Source: Rickettsiales bacterium (GTDB lineage: Bacteria > Pseudomonadota > Alphaproteobacteria > Rickettsiales > JABIRX01). Taken from it: DNA of 64,000 nt. The position numbers and the translations under genes were made by a program. Position 1 is the stretch's first letter; each line of letters opens with the position of its first letter. Of the stretch, positions 1 to 9,835 are shown in pieces. Below the pieces are notes generated by a model. That model was not told the origin of the DNA. It searched no databases and saw only the letters and a list, made by a program, of their open reading frames with translations. The stretch lies in NCBI GenBank assembly GCA_965222515.1, contig CBDCUE010000017.1, forward strand, positions 71,040 through 135,039. Reading direction: 5' to 3'.

Positions 1-1283
1 AATTCAGTTTTTTTATCTAATTTTAGATTAATTTTATCATTTAATGCATAGGATGATAGGCTTAAATCAAAAATATTGTTGATTTTTACATTTTCTTGAG
101 CAAAAAACTCACGATAAAATGATTTGTAATCAAAAAATATCTTTTTTATTGATTTTTCTGCCAAAATATCTGCTATTTCTAGTAAAAACAGTTTTTTACT
201 GATGTTATTACAACTATTTACAGCTAATAAATCTAATGTTTCTTCTTCTTTTAAGTCAAAATAGTAAATTTCTCTAAAATTTGCCAAAATTACTTTATTT
301 AAGTAAAAAAATATAAAAATCTCCGAAGAAATAGATAATTTTTTTAAAACAGCATTTTTTAAATGAGAAATATCAATTAATTGATAAATTTTTTGCAGTT
401 TTCGAGGTTTTTCACTAGCTTTAATGTTTAACTTATTAAGTAAAGAGGCAAAATTATGATAATTTAAGAAATTTGATATTTTTTCTTGATCTATTTCTTT
501 AATTTTTAAGTCATCTAAAGAATTTATAGGCACAATAACATCAGTTTTTAAAGTGACCAATCTCTCTGATAAAAAAGCATTATCTTTGTTTTCCTGCAAA
601 GTTTCTTTTCGTTTTTTTTGAGTTATTTCTTCAATATTTTCATATATTCCAGCAAGAGATTGATATTTATTTAATAAATCTGCTGCTGTTTTAGGACCAA
701 TTCCTGCAACTCCAGGAATATTATCAGCACTATCTCCTGCAAGTGATAATAAATCTTTCATTTTACTAGGTTCAACTCCGTATCTTTCCAAAACTTCATT
801 TTTTCCTATTATTTTTTGTTTCATAGGATCATAAATTTTAACTTTTTCATTGATTAATTGAGTTAAATCCTTGTCTGATGAGATAATCGTTACTTCAAAA
901 TCTTCTTTTTCTGCTTGCTTGCTTAAGCTGGCTATAATATCATCTGCTTCCACTCCTTTTTGATCAATAGTGTTAATATTTAAAGATTCGCTAAATTCTC
1001 TTACCAATGAAAATTGCGGAATTAAATCTTCTGGTGCAGGGGGGCGATTAGCTTTATATTCTTTATAAATATCATTCCTAAAAGTTTTTGATCCTGCATC
1101 TAAGATAACTGCTAAATGGCTAGTTTTTAGCTCTTGTCTTAATTTAATAATCATATTTGCATAACCATAAACAGCACCAACCACCACACCATAAGGATTA
1201 GTAAGAGGTGGCATTGAATGATATGCCCTAAATAAAAAACTATATCCGTCAATTAAAACTAGTCTTTTTTTGGTTGAATCCAT
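1..1283 (-). CDS. polA: DNA polymerase I, N-terminal part (5'-3' exonuclease domain plus the start of the next domain); C-terminus runs off the window
   Basis: Absent from the ORF track because it is open at the window edge. Manual minus-strand translation from the ATG at 1283..1281 gives MDSTKKRLVLIDGYSFLFRAYHSMPPLTNPYGVVVGAVYGY...ILDAGSKTFRNDIYKEYKANRPPAPEDLIPQF...SSDKDLTQL...LAGDSADNIPGVAGIGPKTAADLL. These are the classic Pol I 5'-3' exonuclease motifs. The frame stays open to base 1. Confidence 0.85.
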   Translation of the reverse strand, partial: MDSTKKRLVLIDGYSFLFRAYHSMPPLTNPYGVVVGAVYGYANMIIKLRQELKTSHLAVILDAGSKTFRNDIYKEYKANRPPAPEDLIPQFSLVREFSESLNINTIDQKGVEADDIIASLSKQAEKEDFEVTIISSDKDLTQLINEKVKIYDPMKQKIIGKNEVLERYGVEPSKMKDLLSLAGDSADNIPGVAGIGPKTAADLLNKYQSLAGIYENIEEITQKKRKETLQENKDNAFLSERLVTLKTDVIVPINSLDDLKIKEIDQEKISNFLNYHNFASLLNKLNIKASEKPRKLQKIYQLIDISHLKNAVLKKLSISSEIFIFFYLNKVILANFREIYYFDLKEEETLDLLAVNSCNNISKKLFLLEIADILAEKSIKKIFFDYKSFYREFFAQENVKINNIFDLSLSSYALNDKINLKLDKKTE

Positions 1284-1702
1284 TGTTTATATTGTGTTTT
1301 TTGTTAAGATAAAAGAACTATAACTTCATCAAAACTTTTTGCAATTTAAAAGAAAAGGTAACAGCAATTTTAAATTAAAAAATAGAAATGATAAATAATT
1401 TTTTCTTGAATTTATTGTTTTATTCTTTAAAAGAAAATTTAAGTTACTCTTTTTGGATTATTAGTATGACAGACAATAATAATGAGTTATCAACATCTTT
1501 GATATTAAAAAACACTTCAAACGAGGGAATTGCAATAATGCTATAAATTAGTGTTAATGGAATTATTGCTTGTCAGCAAAAAATATGTCTTACTTTATTG
1601 ATAATAAAGGTTTATATCAATCTTTTAAAACACTTTATCAACATCCATCACTTATGGTGTCTGGAATTATAAGTAAATTTACAGCCGAGACAATAGTTAA
1701 AA

Positions 1703-2014
1703 ATGTCTTGTGAATTTATTAATTATAAAATGCAACAGAAATATCCACCCGTGATGACAGGAGTTATGTCTAGTGTTATAATAAGCTTTGACGTAGCACC
1801 AATGTCATCATATCAGAGAAAGATTCTTTTAAAAAGATATGGAGTGGATATTGATTTCTTACAAACAGCAAACATAACATTAAAGAATAGAAAACAGTTA
1901 TTCAAAAATTTTACAAGAGTTGCTACGATTAATTATCCTGCAGTTATAGCTATGGGTGCAACAGGTCATAGTGCTAATAATATAAAAACAGACCCATTAA
2001 TAGATGGCTATTAG
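1703..2014 (+). CDS. hypothetical protein, possibly a fragment of a decayed gene
   Basis: ORF-track ORF with no recognisable motif. It lies in 1466..2395, where short same-strand ORFs follow one another in different frames. Confidence 0.2.
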   Translation: MSCEFINYKMQQKYPPVMTGVMSSVIISFDVAPMSSYQRKILLKRYGVDIDFLQTANITLKNRKQLFKNFTRVATINYPAVIAMGATGHSANNIKTDPLIDGY

Positions 2015-2122
2015 GTTGCTCTGTTGGAGTTTTTTGTTCTGTTGCTGATATGCTAAGAAATAGGGCAATATTACATTCATCAATTTTTGATAAGAGTGTA
2101 TTTGGAGTTTATAAAGAAGTAG

Positions 2123-2395
2123 TTGGAAATATTATCTTTATATAAGAAATCAAGGAGTGGTACTAGGGTTTCAAGTATATTCCTGCAAAAAATGCCAATT
2201 CAGATAATTAGATCGGGGATAGGAATTTTTATAATGGACCCAAGAAATACAGAACTTTTAGCTGAAAAGATAAAATTTTATTTAGAACATTGGAATGAAA
2301 AAGCTCTTTTTTCTGTTCCTAAAACAGATATTGATCCACGAAATAATTCTTTTGAAGCAAAAAAAATATTAGCTCAAGAAAACCAAAAAAATTAG
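2123..2395 (+). CDS. hypothetical protein, possibly a fragment of a decayed gene
   Basis: TTG-initiated 90-aa ORF with no motif, in the same fragmented stretch as 1703..2014. Confidence 0.2.
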   Translation: MEILSLYKKSRSGTRVSSIFLQKMPIQIIRSGIGIFIMDPRNTELLAEKIKFYLEHWNEKALFSVPKTDIDPRNNSFEAKKILAQENQKN

Positions 2396-2553
2396 TAATT
2401 ATCTCTAAAAACAAGGGTTTGATTTAAGTGCAGATTTATGAACAATTCTTTTGTTTTAAAAAAAACCTTGAAATATTCAAGTCAATGATTATATCTACTC
2501 TAGTGGCTAGAGAAAGTTTACAAAATTAACAAAAAAAATAACAATATTTAATT

Positions 2554-4452
2554 ATGACCAATAAAACAGAAAAAATGAAATTTGATGCTGAAATAAGCAA
2601 AGTATTAGATTTAATGATCCATTCTTTATATACAAATAAAGAAATCTTTTTAAGAGAGTTGTTATCTAATGCTAGTGATGCTTGTGATAAATTAAGATAT
2701 TTAATTAATACTGATGAGAAATTAGCACAAAATTTACAAGATCAAAAATTTAAAATATCTATTGCAACTGATTCAAAAGCAAAAACCTTGACTATTAGTG
2801 ATAATGGTGTGGGGATGAGCAAAGAAGAAATGATCAGCAATCTTGGAACAATTGCAAGATCTGGAACTGAAAGATTTGCGGCAAATATTGCTAAAAAAGA
2901 TGATGCTAAAAATAATGAATTAATTGGTCAATTTGGAGTAGGCTTTTATTCTAGTTTTATGGTAGCAAATAAAGTTGAGGTTGTTTCTAGTAAAGCAGGA
3001 GAAGAAAAAACTTATCTTTGGCAATCAAGCGGAAAAGGAGAATTTGAGATTCAGGAACTAGATGAGCAAATAAGAGGAACAAAAATCACTCTTCATTTAA
3101 AAGAAGAAGAGATAGAATTTTTAGATAGTTTTAGAATCAAAAATATTGTAACAACTTATTCAGAGCATATTCCTTTTACTATTGAGTTAATTGGTCAAAA
3201 AGATGAAAAAGATAGTAAAGATGATAAAACAGAAATTGCTAATGAAATTTTAAATAGTGGAGGAGCAATTTGGACAAAAGATAAATCTTCTATTAAAAAA
3301 GAAGATTATGAAGCTTTTTATAAATCTTTATCGCACGATATAGAAGCTCCATATTTAACTCTTCATAATAAAGCAGAAGGAATTTTGGAATATACAAATT
3401 TATTATTTGTGCCAAATAAAAAGCCTTTTGATTTATTTCATCCTGATAGAAAATCTCATATTAAATTATATGCAAAAAAGATTTTTATAACTGAGGAAAA
3501 TGTAAAATTACTACCTTCATATTTAAGATTTGTAAGAGGTGTGGTTGATTCTTCTGATTTGACTTTAAATGTTAGCAGAGAAACTTTGCAAAGTAATGCT
3601 ATTATTACTAAAATTAGCTCTGCAATTGTAAAAAAGATTCTTAATGAATTAAAAAAGAAGTTTGAAAAAGACAGAGCAACTTATGAAATTTTTTGGGATA
3701 ATTTTGGTGCTGTAATAAAAGAAGGATTGTGTGAATATACTACTAATAAAGAAAAAATATTAGATATTTCATTATTTAAATCATTAAAATTTCCTGAAAA
3801 ATATATTTCTATAAATGATTATTTAGAAAATATAAAAAAAGATCAAAAAGAGATATATTATCTAATTGGAAGTGATATTAATGTAATGAAAAATAGCCCT
3901 CAATTAGAAGGATTAAAAGAAAAAGATGTAGATGTATTATTTTTCTTAGATGGTGTTGATGATTTTTGGGTTACTACAGGCACACAATATAAAGAAAAGG
4001 ATTTTAAATCTGTAACAAGAATATCTGTTGATGATGAAGCTAATGATGATAAAAAAGATAAAAAAGACGATGAAAAAGAATCAGTTTTATCTGGCTTACT
4101 GGCTTATTTAAAAGATGAATTAAAAAATGAAGTTGCTGATGTAAAAATCTCTAAAAAACTTACTTCAAGCCCAGTATGTTTGGTAGCAGGAGATAGTGGA
4201 ATGGATATTAGAATTGAAAGAATGTTAAGAGAACAAGGTCAATTAAAAGAGGCTAGCAAAAAAATTCTAGAAATTAATAAAAATCATAGAATTGTTAAAA
4301 ATTTAGATAATTTATTTAAAACAGACAAAATTCAAGCTAAAGAAATTGCATTTACTTTATTTGATCAGGCTTGTATTTTAGAAGGAGAATCAATCAAAGA
4401 TCCAATTTCTTTTTCTCAAAGAATTACTAGATTGTTAGAGAAAGCTAGTTAG
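2554..4452 (+). CDS. htpG: molecular chaperone HtpG (Hsp90)
   Basis: 632-aa ORF with the GHKL ATPase motifs of Hsp90 (LRELLSNASDACDKLRY, DNGVGM, GQFGVGFYS) and full-length middle and C-terminal regions. Confidence 0.95.
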   Translation: MTNKTEKMKFDAEISKVLDLMIHSLYTNKEIFLRELLSNASDACDKLRYLINTDEKLAQNLQDQKFKISIATDSKAKTLTISDNGVGMSKEEMISNLGTIARSGTERFAANIAKKDDAKNNELIGQFGVGFYSSFMVANKVEVVSSKAGEEKTYLWQSSGKGEFEIQELDEQIRGTKITLHLKEEEIEFLDSFRIKNIVTTYSEHIPFTIELIGQKDEKDSKDDKTEIANEILNSGGAIWTKDKSSIKKEDYEAFYKSLSHDIEAPYLTLHNKAEGILEYTNLLFVPNKKPFDLFHPDRKSHIKLYAKKIFITEENVKLLPSYLRFVRGVVDSSDLTLNVSRETLQSNAIITKISSAIVKKILNELKKKFEKDRATYEIFWDNFGAVIKEGLCEYTTNKEKILDISLFKSLKFPEKYISINDYLENIKKDQKEIYYLIGSDINVMKNSPQLEGLKEKDVDVLFFLDGVDDFWVTTGTQYKEKDFKSVTRISVDDEANDDKKDKKDDEKESVLSGLLAYLKDELKNEVADVKISKKLTSSPVCLVAGDSGMDIRIERMLREQGQLKEASKKILEINKNHRIVKNLDNLFKTDKIQAKEIAFTLFDQACILEGESIKDPISFSQRITRLLEKAS

Positions 4453-4464
4453 TAAAAAATGTTT

Positions 4465-4790
4465 TAGTGTAGCCTTACCCCTACATTTAGACCGTGTCAT
4501 AATAGAAAAAAGGTTAGGTATAATAGCTCCTCCATGAGAGGAGCCAAAACCACGAAGTGGTTTTGGTGGGGGTCCCTTTGTGTAGAAAAGGAAAGCAAAA
4601 AATTCGGGGTTAACTATTCCCTCCTACTAGGGCTGTGACGAAATAGAGAAAAAGGGGAATTTTCTAGTTTCTTTAGATTCTGATTAGTAATAAAAAATAT
4701 CCTTTTTTTCTATTTCGTCACAGTCTGCAAGGATAGAGCAATTGCCCATACATAATTTTCCTATTGTATTATTGCCCTCAAGCTTTAAAT
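4465..4790. repeat. cluster of nested palindromic (RPE/MITE-like) repeat modules
   Basis: Contains the hairpin ccaaaaccacgaagtggttttgg. Also contains the inverted pair gtgacgaaatagagaaaaagg / cctttttttctatttcgtcac and the module cacagtctgcaagg. Segment ~4530..4640 is the reverse complement of the element at 21986..22083. Confidence 0.8.
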
Positions 4791-4829
4791 CTGCTAGGAG
4801 TAGATAGATAATTTAAAACATTAGCAACA

Positions 4830-7529
4830 ATGAATGATTTTCCAAAAAAATACCAAGCTCAATTAAGAGAAAAAGCAATACAAAAAGAATGGGAAGAAAA
4901 AGCTGTCTATCAATGGCAAAATGATAAAAGCAAAGAAGAAACTTTTGTAATTGATACTCCACCTCCTACTGTATCTGGATTACTTCATATGGGTCATATC
5001 TTTAGTTATTGCCAAGCTGATTTTATTGCAAGATATCAGAGGATGAAAGGAAAAGATGTGTTTTATCCTATGGGTTTTGATGATAATGGCTTGCCTACAG
5101 AGAGATTGGTTGAGAAAGTAAAAAAGGTTAAAGGATCAAGATTGCCAAGAAAAGAATTTGTAGAAATGTGCAAAGAAGTGGTTTTGGATGCTGAAAAAGA
5201 TTTCAAGAATCTTTTTCAATCAATTGCACTTTCTGTTGATTGGCATCAAAAATACCAAACAATTTCAGACAAAACTAGAAAAATATCACAATTATCTTTT
5301 GTAGAACTTTACAAAAAAGGTTTGTTGGAACGAAAATATGAACCTTGTTATTGGTGTGTTGAAGATCAAACCGCTTTGGCTCAAGCAGATATTATTGATC
5401 GAGAATTACCATCTAAAATGATTGATATTGAGTTTAAAATAGAAGGAGGAGGAAGTGTTGTAATTGCTACAACAAGACCAGAACTACTTGCTGCTTGTAT
5501 TGCAGTATTTGTTCATCCCGAAGATGATAGATATAAAAATCTAGTTGGGAAAAATGCTATAACGCCTCTTTATCAACAAAAAATAAAAATTATTGCTGAT
5601 GATTTGGTGGATAAAGAAAAAGGAACTGGAGCGGTGATGTGTTGTTCTTTTGGAGATATGAGCGATGTTATTTGGTGGAAAAAGTATAATTTAGAAAATA
5701 GAACTATTATTAGTAAATATGGAAAAATTTGTTCGTACTTAGAATTAACTTCTATTTTTATAAATAACAATGGAATAGTAGGGGATGGAGTTACAAGTGC
5801 TTGGACTGGTAGTATAAGTGGTACGGTGTTTAAAGAAGAATATCAAAAGATAGCAGAAAAAAAAGTTTTTGAAGCAAGAAATATAGTTTTGGCAAGATTG
5901 GCAAAAGAAAAGTTGATTAAAGGTCAAAAAGATATTGTTCATTCAGTGAAATGTTCCGAGAGATCAGAAAAACCGATAGAAATTATTGCAACAAAACAAT
6001 GGTTTGTAAAAATTTTAGACAAAAAAGAAGAACTTTTAAAAAAGGTTCAAGAAATAAATTGGTACCCTGCTCATATGAAAATTAGAATTGAGCAATGGAT
6101 TGAAGGTCTAGCTTATGATTGGTGTATTTCAAGACAAAGATTTTTTGGAGTGCCTTTTCCAGTTTGGTATTGTTTTAAATTAAAGACTGAAAGAATAGGG
6201 GAGGTTAGAAGAAAAGAAGACGAGATTATTGTAGAAGATAAAGATTTACCATTTGATCCTTTATATAATTTGCCAGAAGGTTATAGAGAACCAACAGGAC
6301 AAGAAATAGAGTTTTTGAAGGATGAGCAAAAAGAATATATTAAAAATAGAACTATAAACACAGATAAAAAAGAGTTTGTAGTGGTAAAAAAAGATGACAA
6401 AAACGAGCAAAAACAATTTTATCTATTAATCCCTGAAACAGATGTAATGGATACTTGGGCGACATCTTCGCTTACTCCGCAAATATCATCTCAAGGAATA
6501 AATGAAGAATGTTTTGTAGAGAAAGAAAAGCATAAAAAACTTTTTCCAGCAGATTTAAGACCTCAAGCTCACGAGATTATTAGAAGTTGGGCATTTTATA
6601 CCATTTGTAAAGCTCATCTACATCAAAATTTAATCCCTTGGAAAGATGTAATGATTTCTGGTTGGTGTTTGGCTGCTGATAAAACAAAAATGTCAAAATC
6701 TAAGGGGAATGTTATAACTCCTGTAAAATTGATTGAAGAAAAGGGGGCAGATGTGGTGAGATATTGGGCAGGAACTTCATCTTTGGGGGCTGATGCTGCT
6801 TATAGTGAAGATTTGCTTTCTATTGGAAAAAAATTAATTAATAAATTATGGAATAGCAGTAAATTTGCTAATACTCATTTAGTAGATTTTCAAAAATTAG
6901 AAGCCGACAAAATATATCACCAAACAGATTTATGGATTTTAAATCTTTTGCAGGAAGTTAAGAAAAAAGTAGAGAAATATTTTGCAGAATATAGATATTC
7001 TAAAGCATTATCGGTTATTGATGATTTTTTTTTAAAAAATTTTTGTGATTATTATTTAGAAATTTCAAAAGTAAGAATTTATGGAAATAAAGAGCAAATA
7101 GAACTTACTTGTAAAAATCTTAATGATAATGAAATAGAGCAGGGCAAGGCAAGTGCTAAAAATACACTTTATATAGTTTTAAAAAATATTTTAAAATTAT
7201 ATGCTCCATTCCTGCCTCATATTACAGAAGAATTATATAAGTTGATCTTTAAAAAAGAACATTCAATTCATAGCAGAGGAAATTGGCTTGATTTAAGTGA
7301 TTTAAAAAATATTAAAAAAGTAGATTTTTCTAATATTTTAGAAATCATAGATAAAATTAGAAAAGATAAGGCAGATAAAAATTATTCTATAAAAAAAGAA
7401 ATAAAAAAGTTAATTATAAAATCTAAAAATAAAATTGAGACCAATAATGATTTAAAATTTGTTTGTTCAATAAAGAAAATAGAATTTTATTCAGCTGACA
7501 AAGAAGGTATTGAAATTATTTATGAATAA
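4830..7529 (+). CDS. valS: valine--tRNA ligase, archaeal/Rickettsia-type
   Basis: 899-aa class I aaRS with a HIGH-type motif (SGLLHMGHIFSY) and KMSKS (KMSKSKGN). The N-terminal IDTPPPTVSG layout is that of the archaeal-type ValRS known from Rickettsia, not the bacterial PPPNVTG type. Confidence 0.85.
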   Translation: MNDFPKKYQAQLREKAIQKEWEEKAVYQWQNDKSKEETFVIDTPPPTVSGLLHMGHIFSYCQADFIARYQRMKGKDVFYPMGFDDNGLPTERLVEKVKKVKGSRLPRKEFVEMCKEVVLDAEKDFKNLFQSIALSVDWHQKYQTISDKTRKISQLSFVELYKKGLLERKYEPCYWCVEDQTALAQADIIDRELPSKMIDIEFKIEGGGSVVIATTRPELLAACIAVFVHPEDDRYKNLVGKNAITPLYQQKIKIIADDLVDKEKGTGAVMCCSFGDMSDVIWWKKYNLENRTIISKYGKICSYLELTSIFINNNGIVGDGVTSAWTGSISGTVFKEEYQKIAEKKVFEARNIVLARLAKEKLIKGQKDIVHSVKCSERSEKPIEIIATKQWFVKILDKKEELLKKVQEINWYPAHMKIRIEQWIEGLAYDWCISRQRFFGVPFPVWYCFKLKTERIGEVRRKEDEIIVEDKDLPFDPLYNLPEGYREPTGQEIEFLKDEQKEYIKNRTINTDKKEFVVVKKDDKNEQKQFYLLIPETDVMDTWATSSLTPQISSQGINEECFVEKEKHKKLFPADLRPQAHEIIRSWAFYTICKAHLHQNLIPWKDVMISGWCLAADKTKMSKSKGNVITPVKLIEEKGADVVRYWAGTSSLGADAAYSEDLLSIGKKLINKLWNSSKFANTHLVDFQKLEADKIYHQTDLWILNLLQEVKKKVEKYFAEYRYSKALSVIDDFFLKNFCDYYLEISKVRIYGNKEQIELTCKNLNDNEIEQGKASAKNTLYIVLKNILKLYAPFLPHITEELYKLIFKKEHSIHSRGNWLDLSDLKNIKKVDFSNILEIIDKIRKDKADKNYSIKKEIKKLIIKSKNKIETNNDLKFVCSIKKIEFYSADKEGIEIIYE

Positions 7530-7788
7530 ATATCATAAACCAACTTTGATTTAATATAAAAGATAAAAACTCAATTGTATAAAAAAGTTATGAATTTTAA
7601 CCTTTATTGCTTGATAAAATTAAGTTAGATAATATGATATTCTTATATTACAATTTTATCAGTATGATATTTTGAATAAGTAAGTGTAGTTACAAAACCC
7701 TTACAATCTTTACTAACCACTTAAATTACAAGCATGTAAATGCTTAAAAGATTACAATCTATTCATAGCAATTTTATCAAAAAAAATA

Positions 7789-8505
7789 ATGAAAATAATC
7801 CCAGCAATAGATTTGAAGAATGGTCAGTGTGTTAGGCTCTATAAGGGAAATTTTTTGCAAGAAACTATTTATAATAACAACCCTCTTGAGGTAGCAATAA
7901 ATTTTCAGGAAGAGGGTAGTAAATATTTACATATTATTGATTTGGATGCTACTATTTCAGATATTTCTAATAAGAATATTATCAAAGAAATTGCTCAAAA
8001 AACAGATTTAGAAATTCAAATAGGAGGGGGAATTAAAACTAAAGATCATATAAAAGATTTGCTTGATGCAGGAGCAAAAAGAGTTATTTTAGGAAGTGTG
8101 GCAGTAAAAAATTTAGAGCTTACTCAAAAAATTTTGGCAGAATTCGGTGTAGATAAAATAGTTTTTGCCTTTGATGTAAATATAGTAAATAAAGTTCCAA
8201 TGATTGCCATAGGTGGTTGGAAAAATATTTCTTCAATGTCTTTGTGGAGTGCATTAGATTTTTATAAAAATGCAAAACATATTTTATGCACGGATATATC
8301 AAGAGATGGAACATTGACTAGTCCAAATTTTGAATTTTATCAAGAAATATTAAAAAAATATCCAAAAATAGAATTACAAGCATCAGGAGGGGTTAGTTCT
8401 TTAGATGATTTAAAAAAATTAAAAGAAATGGGAGCTCATTCTGTTATTGTGGGTAAAGCTCTGTATGATAAGAAATTTACTTTAAAAGATGCTATAATTA
8501 GCTAA
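7789..8505 (+). CDS. hisA: ProFAR isomerase HisA
   Basis: 238 aa. MKIIPAIDLKNGQCVRL start, GGGIKT and SGGVSS phosphate-binding motifs of the HisA/HisF TIM-barrel family. Confidence 0.9.
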   Translation: MKIIPAIDLKNGQCVRLYKGNFLQETIYNNNPLEVAINFQEEGSKYLHIIDLDATISDISNKNIIKEIAQKTDLEIQIGGGIKTKDHIKDLLDAGAKRVILGSVAVKNLELTQKILAEFGVDKIVFAFDVNIVNKVPMIAIGGWKNISSMSLWSALDFYKNAKHILCTDISRDGTLTSPNFEFYQEILKKYPKIELQASGGVSSLDDLKKLKEMGAHSVIVGKALYDKKFTLKDAIIS

Positions 8506-8683
8506 TTTTCTATTTATCTTGAATGTTCTTATCTATTGAGATAGTATAAAAATTAGCTAATTCACTTACAAAATAGCTATTTCTCATGGCTGTTTTTACT
8601 TTTGAATTTAAAATGTTTGATAAATAATATTATTACCACTACCATTGTATTAGTATGATAATGCAGTTTGACAAAAAACTATA

Positions 8684-8971
8684 ATGAAAGAATCTTTGTT
8701 TTCTTTAGAAAAATTATTTCTTAGCTTGAAAAATGAGCAAGAAGTGAGTAATTTATTGAAAGATTTATGTACTCCAAAAGAGCTTAAATCTTTAGAGGAA
8801 AGGTGGCAGGTTGCTCAATTACTAGAAAAAAAAGACATTTCTTATAGAGAAGTTAGTAATCAACTTAATGTTAGCACAACAACGGTAACAAGGGTTGCTA
8901 GATTTTTGAATGATGAAATTTATCAAGGTTATAAATTAGTTTTAAATAGAATAAAAAATGGAAAATCTTAG
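8684..8971 (+). CDS. TrpR/YerC/YecD-family small DNA-binding protein
   Basis: 95 aa. The pattern LCTPKELKSLEERWQVAQLL...SYREVSNQLNVSTTTVTRVARFL...GYKLVLNR matches the Trp-repressor-like HTH family. Its stop overlaps the hisG start by 14 nt. Confidence 0.65.
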   Translation: MKESLFSLEKLFLSLKNEQEVSNLLKDLCTPKELKSLEERWQVAQLLEKKDISYREVSNQLNVSTTTVTRVARFLNDEIYQGYKLVLNRIKNGKS

Positions 8972-9824
8972 AGTAGCAGTGCAAAAATCTGGTAGATTGA
9001 GCGAAGAAAGTTTAGCATTATTAAAAAAATGTGGTTTAAAATTACATATTGATAAAAGAAAATTGCTTTGTAGGGATAGCAATATGAATATTGATATTCT
9101 TTTAGTAAGAGACGATGATATTCCATATTTTGTAGCGGGTAAAATTTGTGATTTAGGGATTGTAGGTAAAAATATTGTTGCAGAACATAAAGATATTTCT
9201 AATGTTGTAGTAAAAAAAGAATTAGGGTTTTCTAAATGTAGATTGTCAATTTCCACTCCCAAAAATCAAGAAAAGACTTCTTTAAAGCAATTGCAAAACT
9301 CAAGAATTGCAACATCCTATCCTAATATTTTACAAGATTTTTTAGCAAAAAAAAACATCACAGCTCAAATTATTAATATGAAAGGTTCTGTGGAGGTGGC
9401 TCCTCAATTAAACATAGCAAATGCTATTTGTGATTTAGTTTCTACTGGTTCAACATTAGAGGCCAATTCCTTAATAGAGCTTACAACTATTTTTAACAGC
9501 CAAGCAGTTTTGATAGCTAATAAAGATTCTTGTTCAGAGCAAAAAGTAGAATTAATCAATAAATTATTATCTAGAATAGAGGGCATAATTAATGCTAGAG
9601 AAAATAAATATATTATGTTTAATGCTCCAAAAGATCAGTTAGAAAATATTTTACAAATTTTGCCAAAAAACGATTCTCCAACTATTATTCCTTTGAGTGA
9701 TATGGCTAGAGTTGCTGTGCATATAGTGTGCAGAGAAGAATTTTTTTGGGATACAATGGAGCAATTAAAACTAGCAGGAGCAACTTCTATTGTAGTATCT
9801 CCAATAGAAAAAATACTTGTGTAA
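8958..9824 (+). CDS. hisG: ATP phosphoribosyltransferase, long form
   Basis: 288 aa. MENLRVAVQKSGRLSEESLALLKKCGL start, DLVSTGSTL motif. The length includes the C-terminal regulatory domain. Confidence 0.9.
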   Translation: MENLRVAVQKSGRLSEESLALLKKCGLKLHIDKRKLLCRDSNMNIDILLVRDDDIPYFVAGKICDLGIVGKNIVAEHKDISNVVVKKELGFSKCRLSISTPKNQEKTSLKQLQNSRIATSYPNILQDFLAKKNITAQIINMKGSVEVAPQLNIANAICDLVSTGSTLEANSLIELTTIFNSQAVLIANKDSCSEQKVELINKLLSRIEGIINARENKYIMFNAPKDQLENILQILPKNDSPTIIPLSDMARVAVHIVCREEFFWDTMEQLKLAGATSIVVSPIEKILV

Positions 9825-9835
9825 TACTAAAAAAA

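Noticed and set aside
7530-8683. A histidine-operon leader peptide or attenuator upstream of hisA or of the trpR-like/hisG genes
   Set aside because: No run of His codons (CAT/CAC) or terminator/antiterminator hairpin pair could be found by eye in either spacer.
9728-9835. N-terminal 36-codon extension of hisD given by the ORF track
   Set aside because: It overlaps the end of hisG in another frame and encodes no HisD-like sequence. The ATG at 9836, 12 nt after the hisG stop, gives a normal-length HisD.
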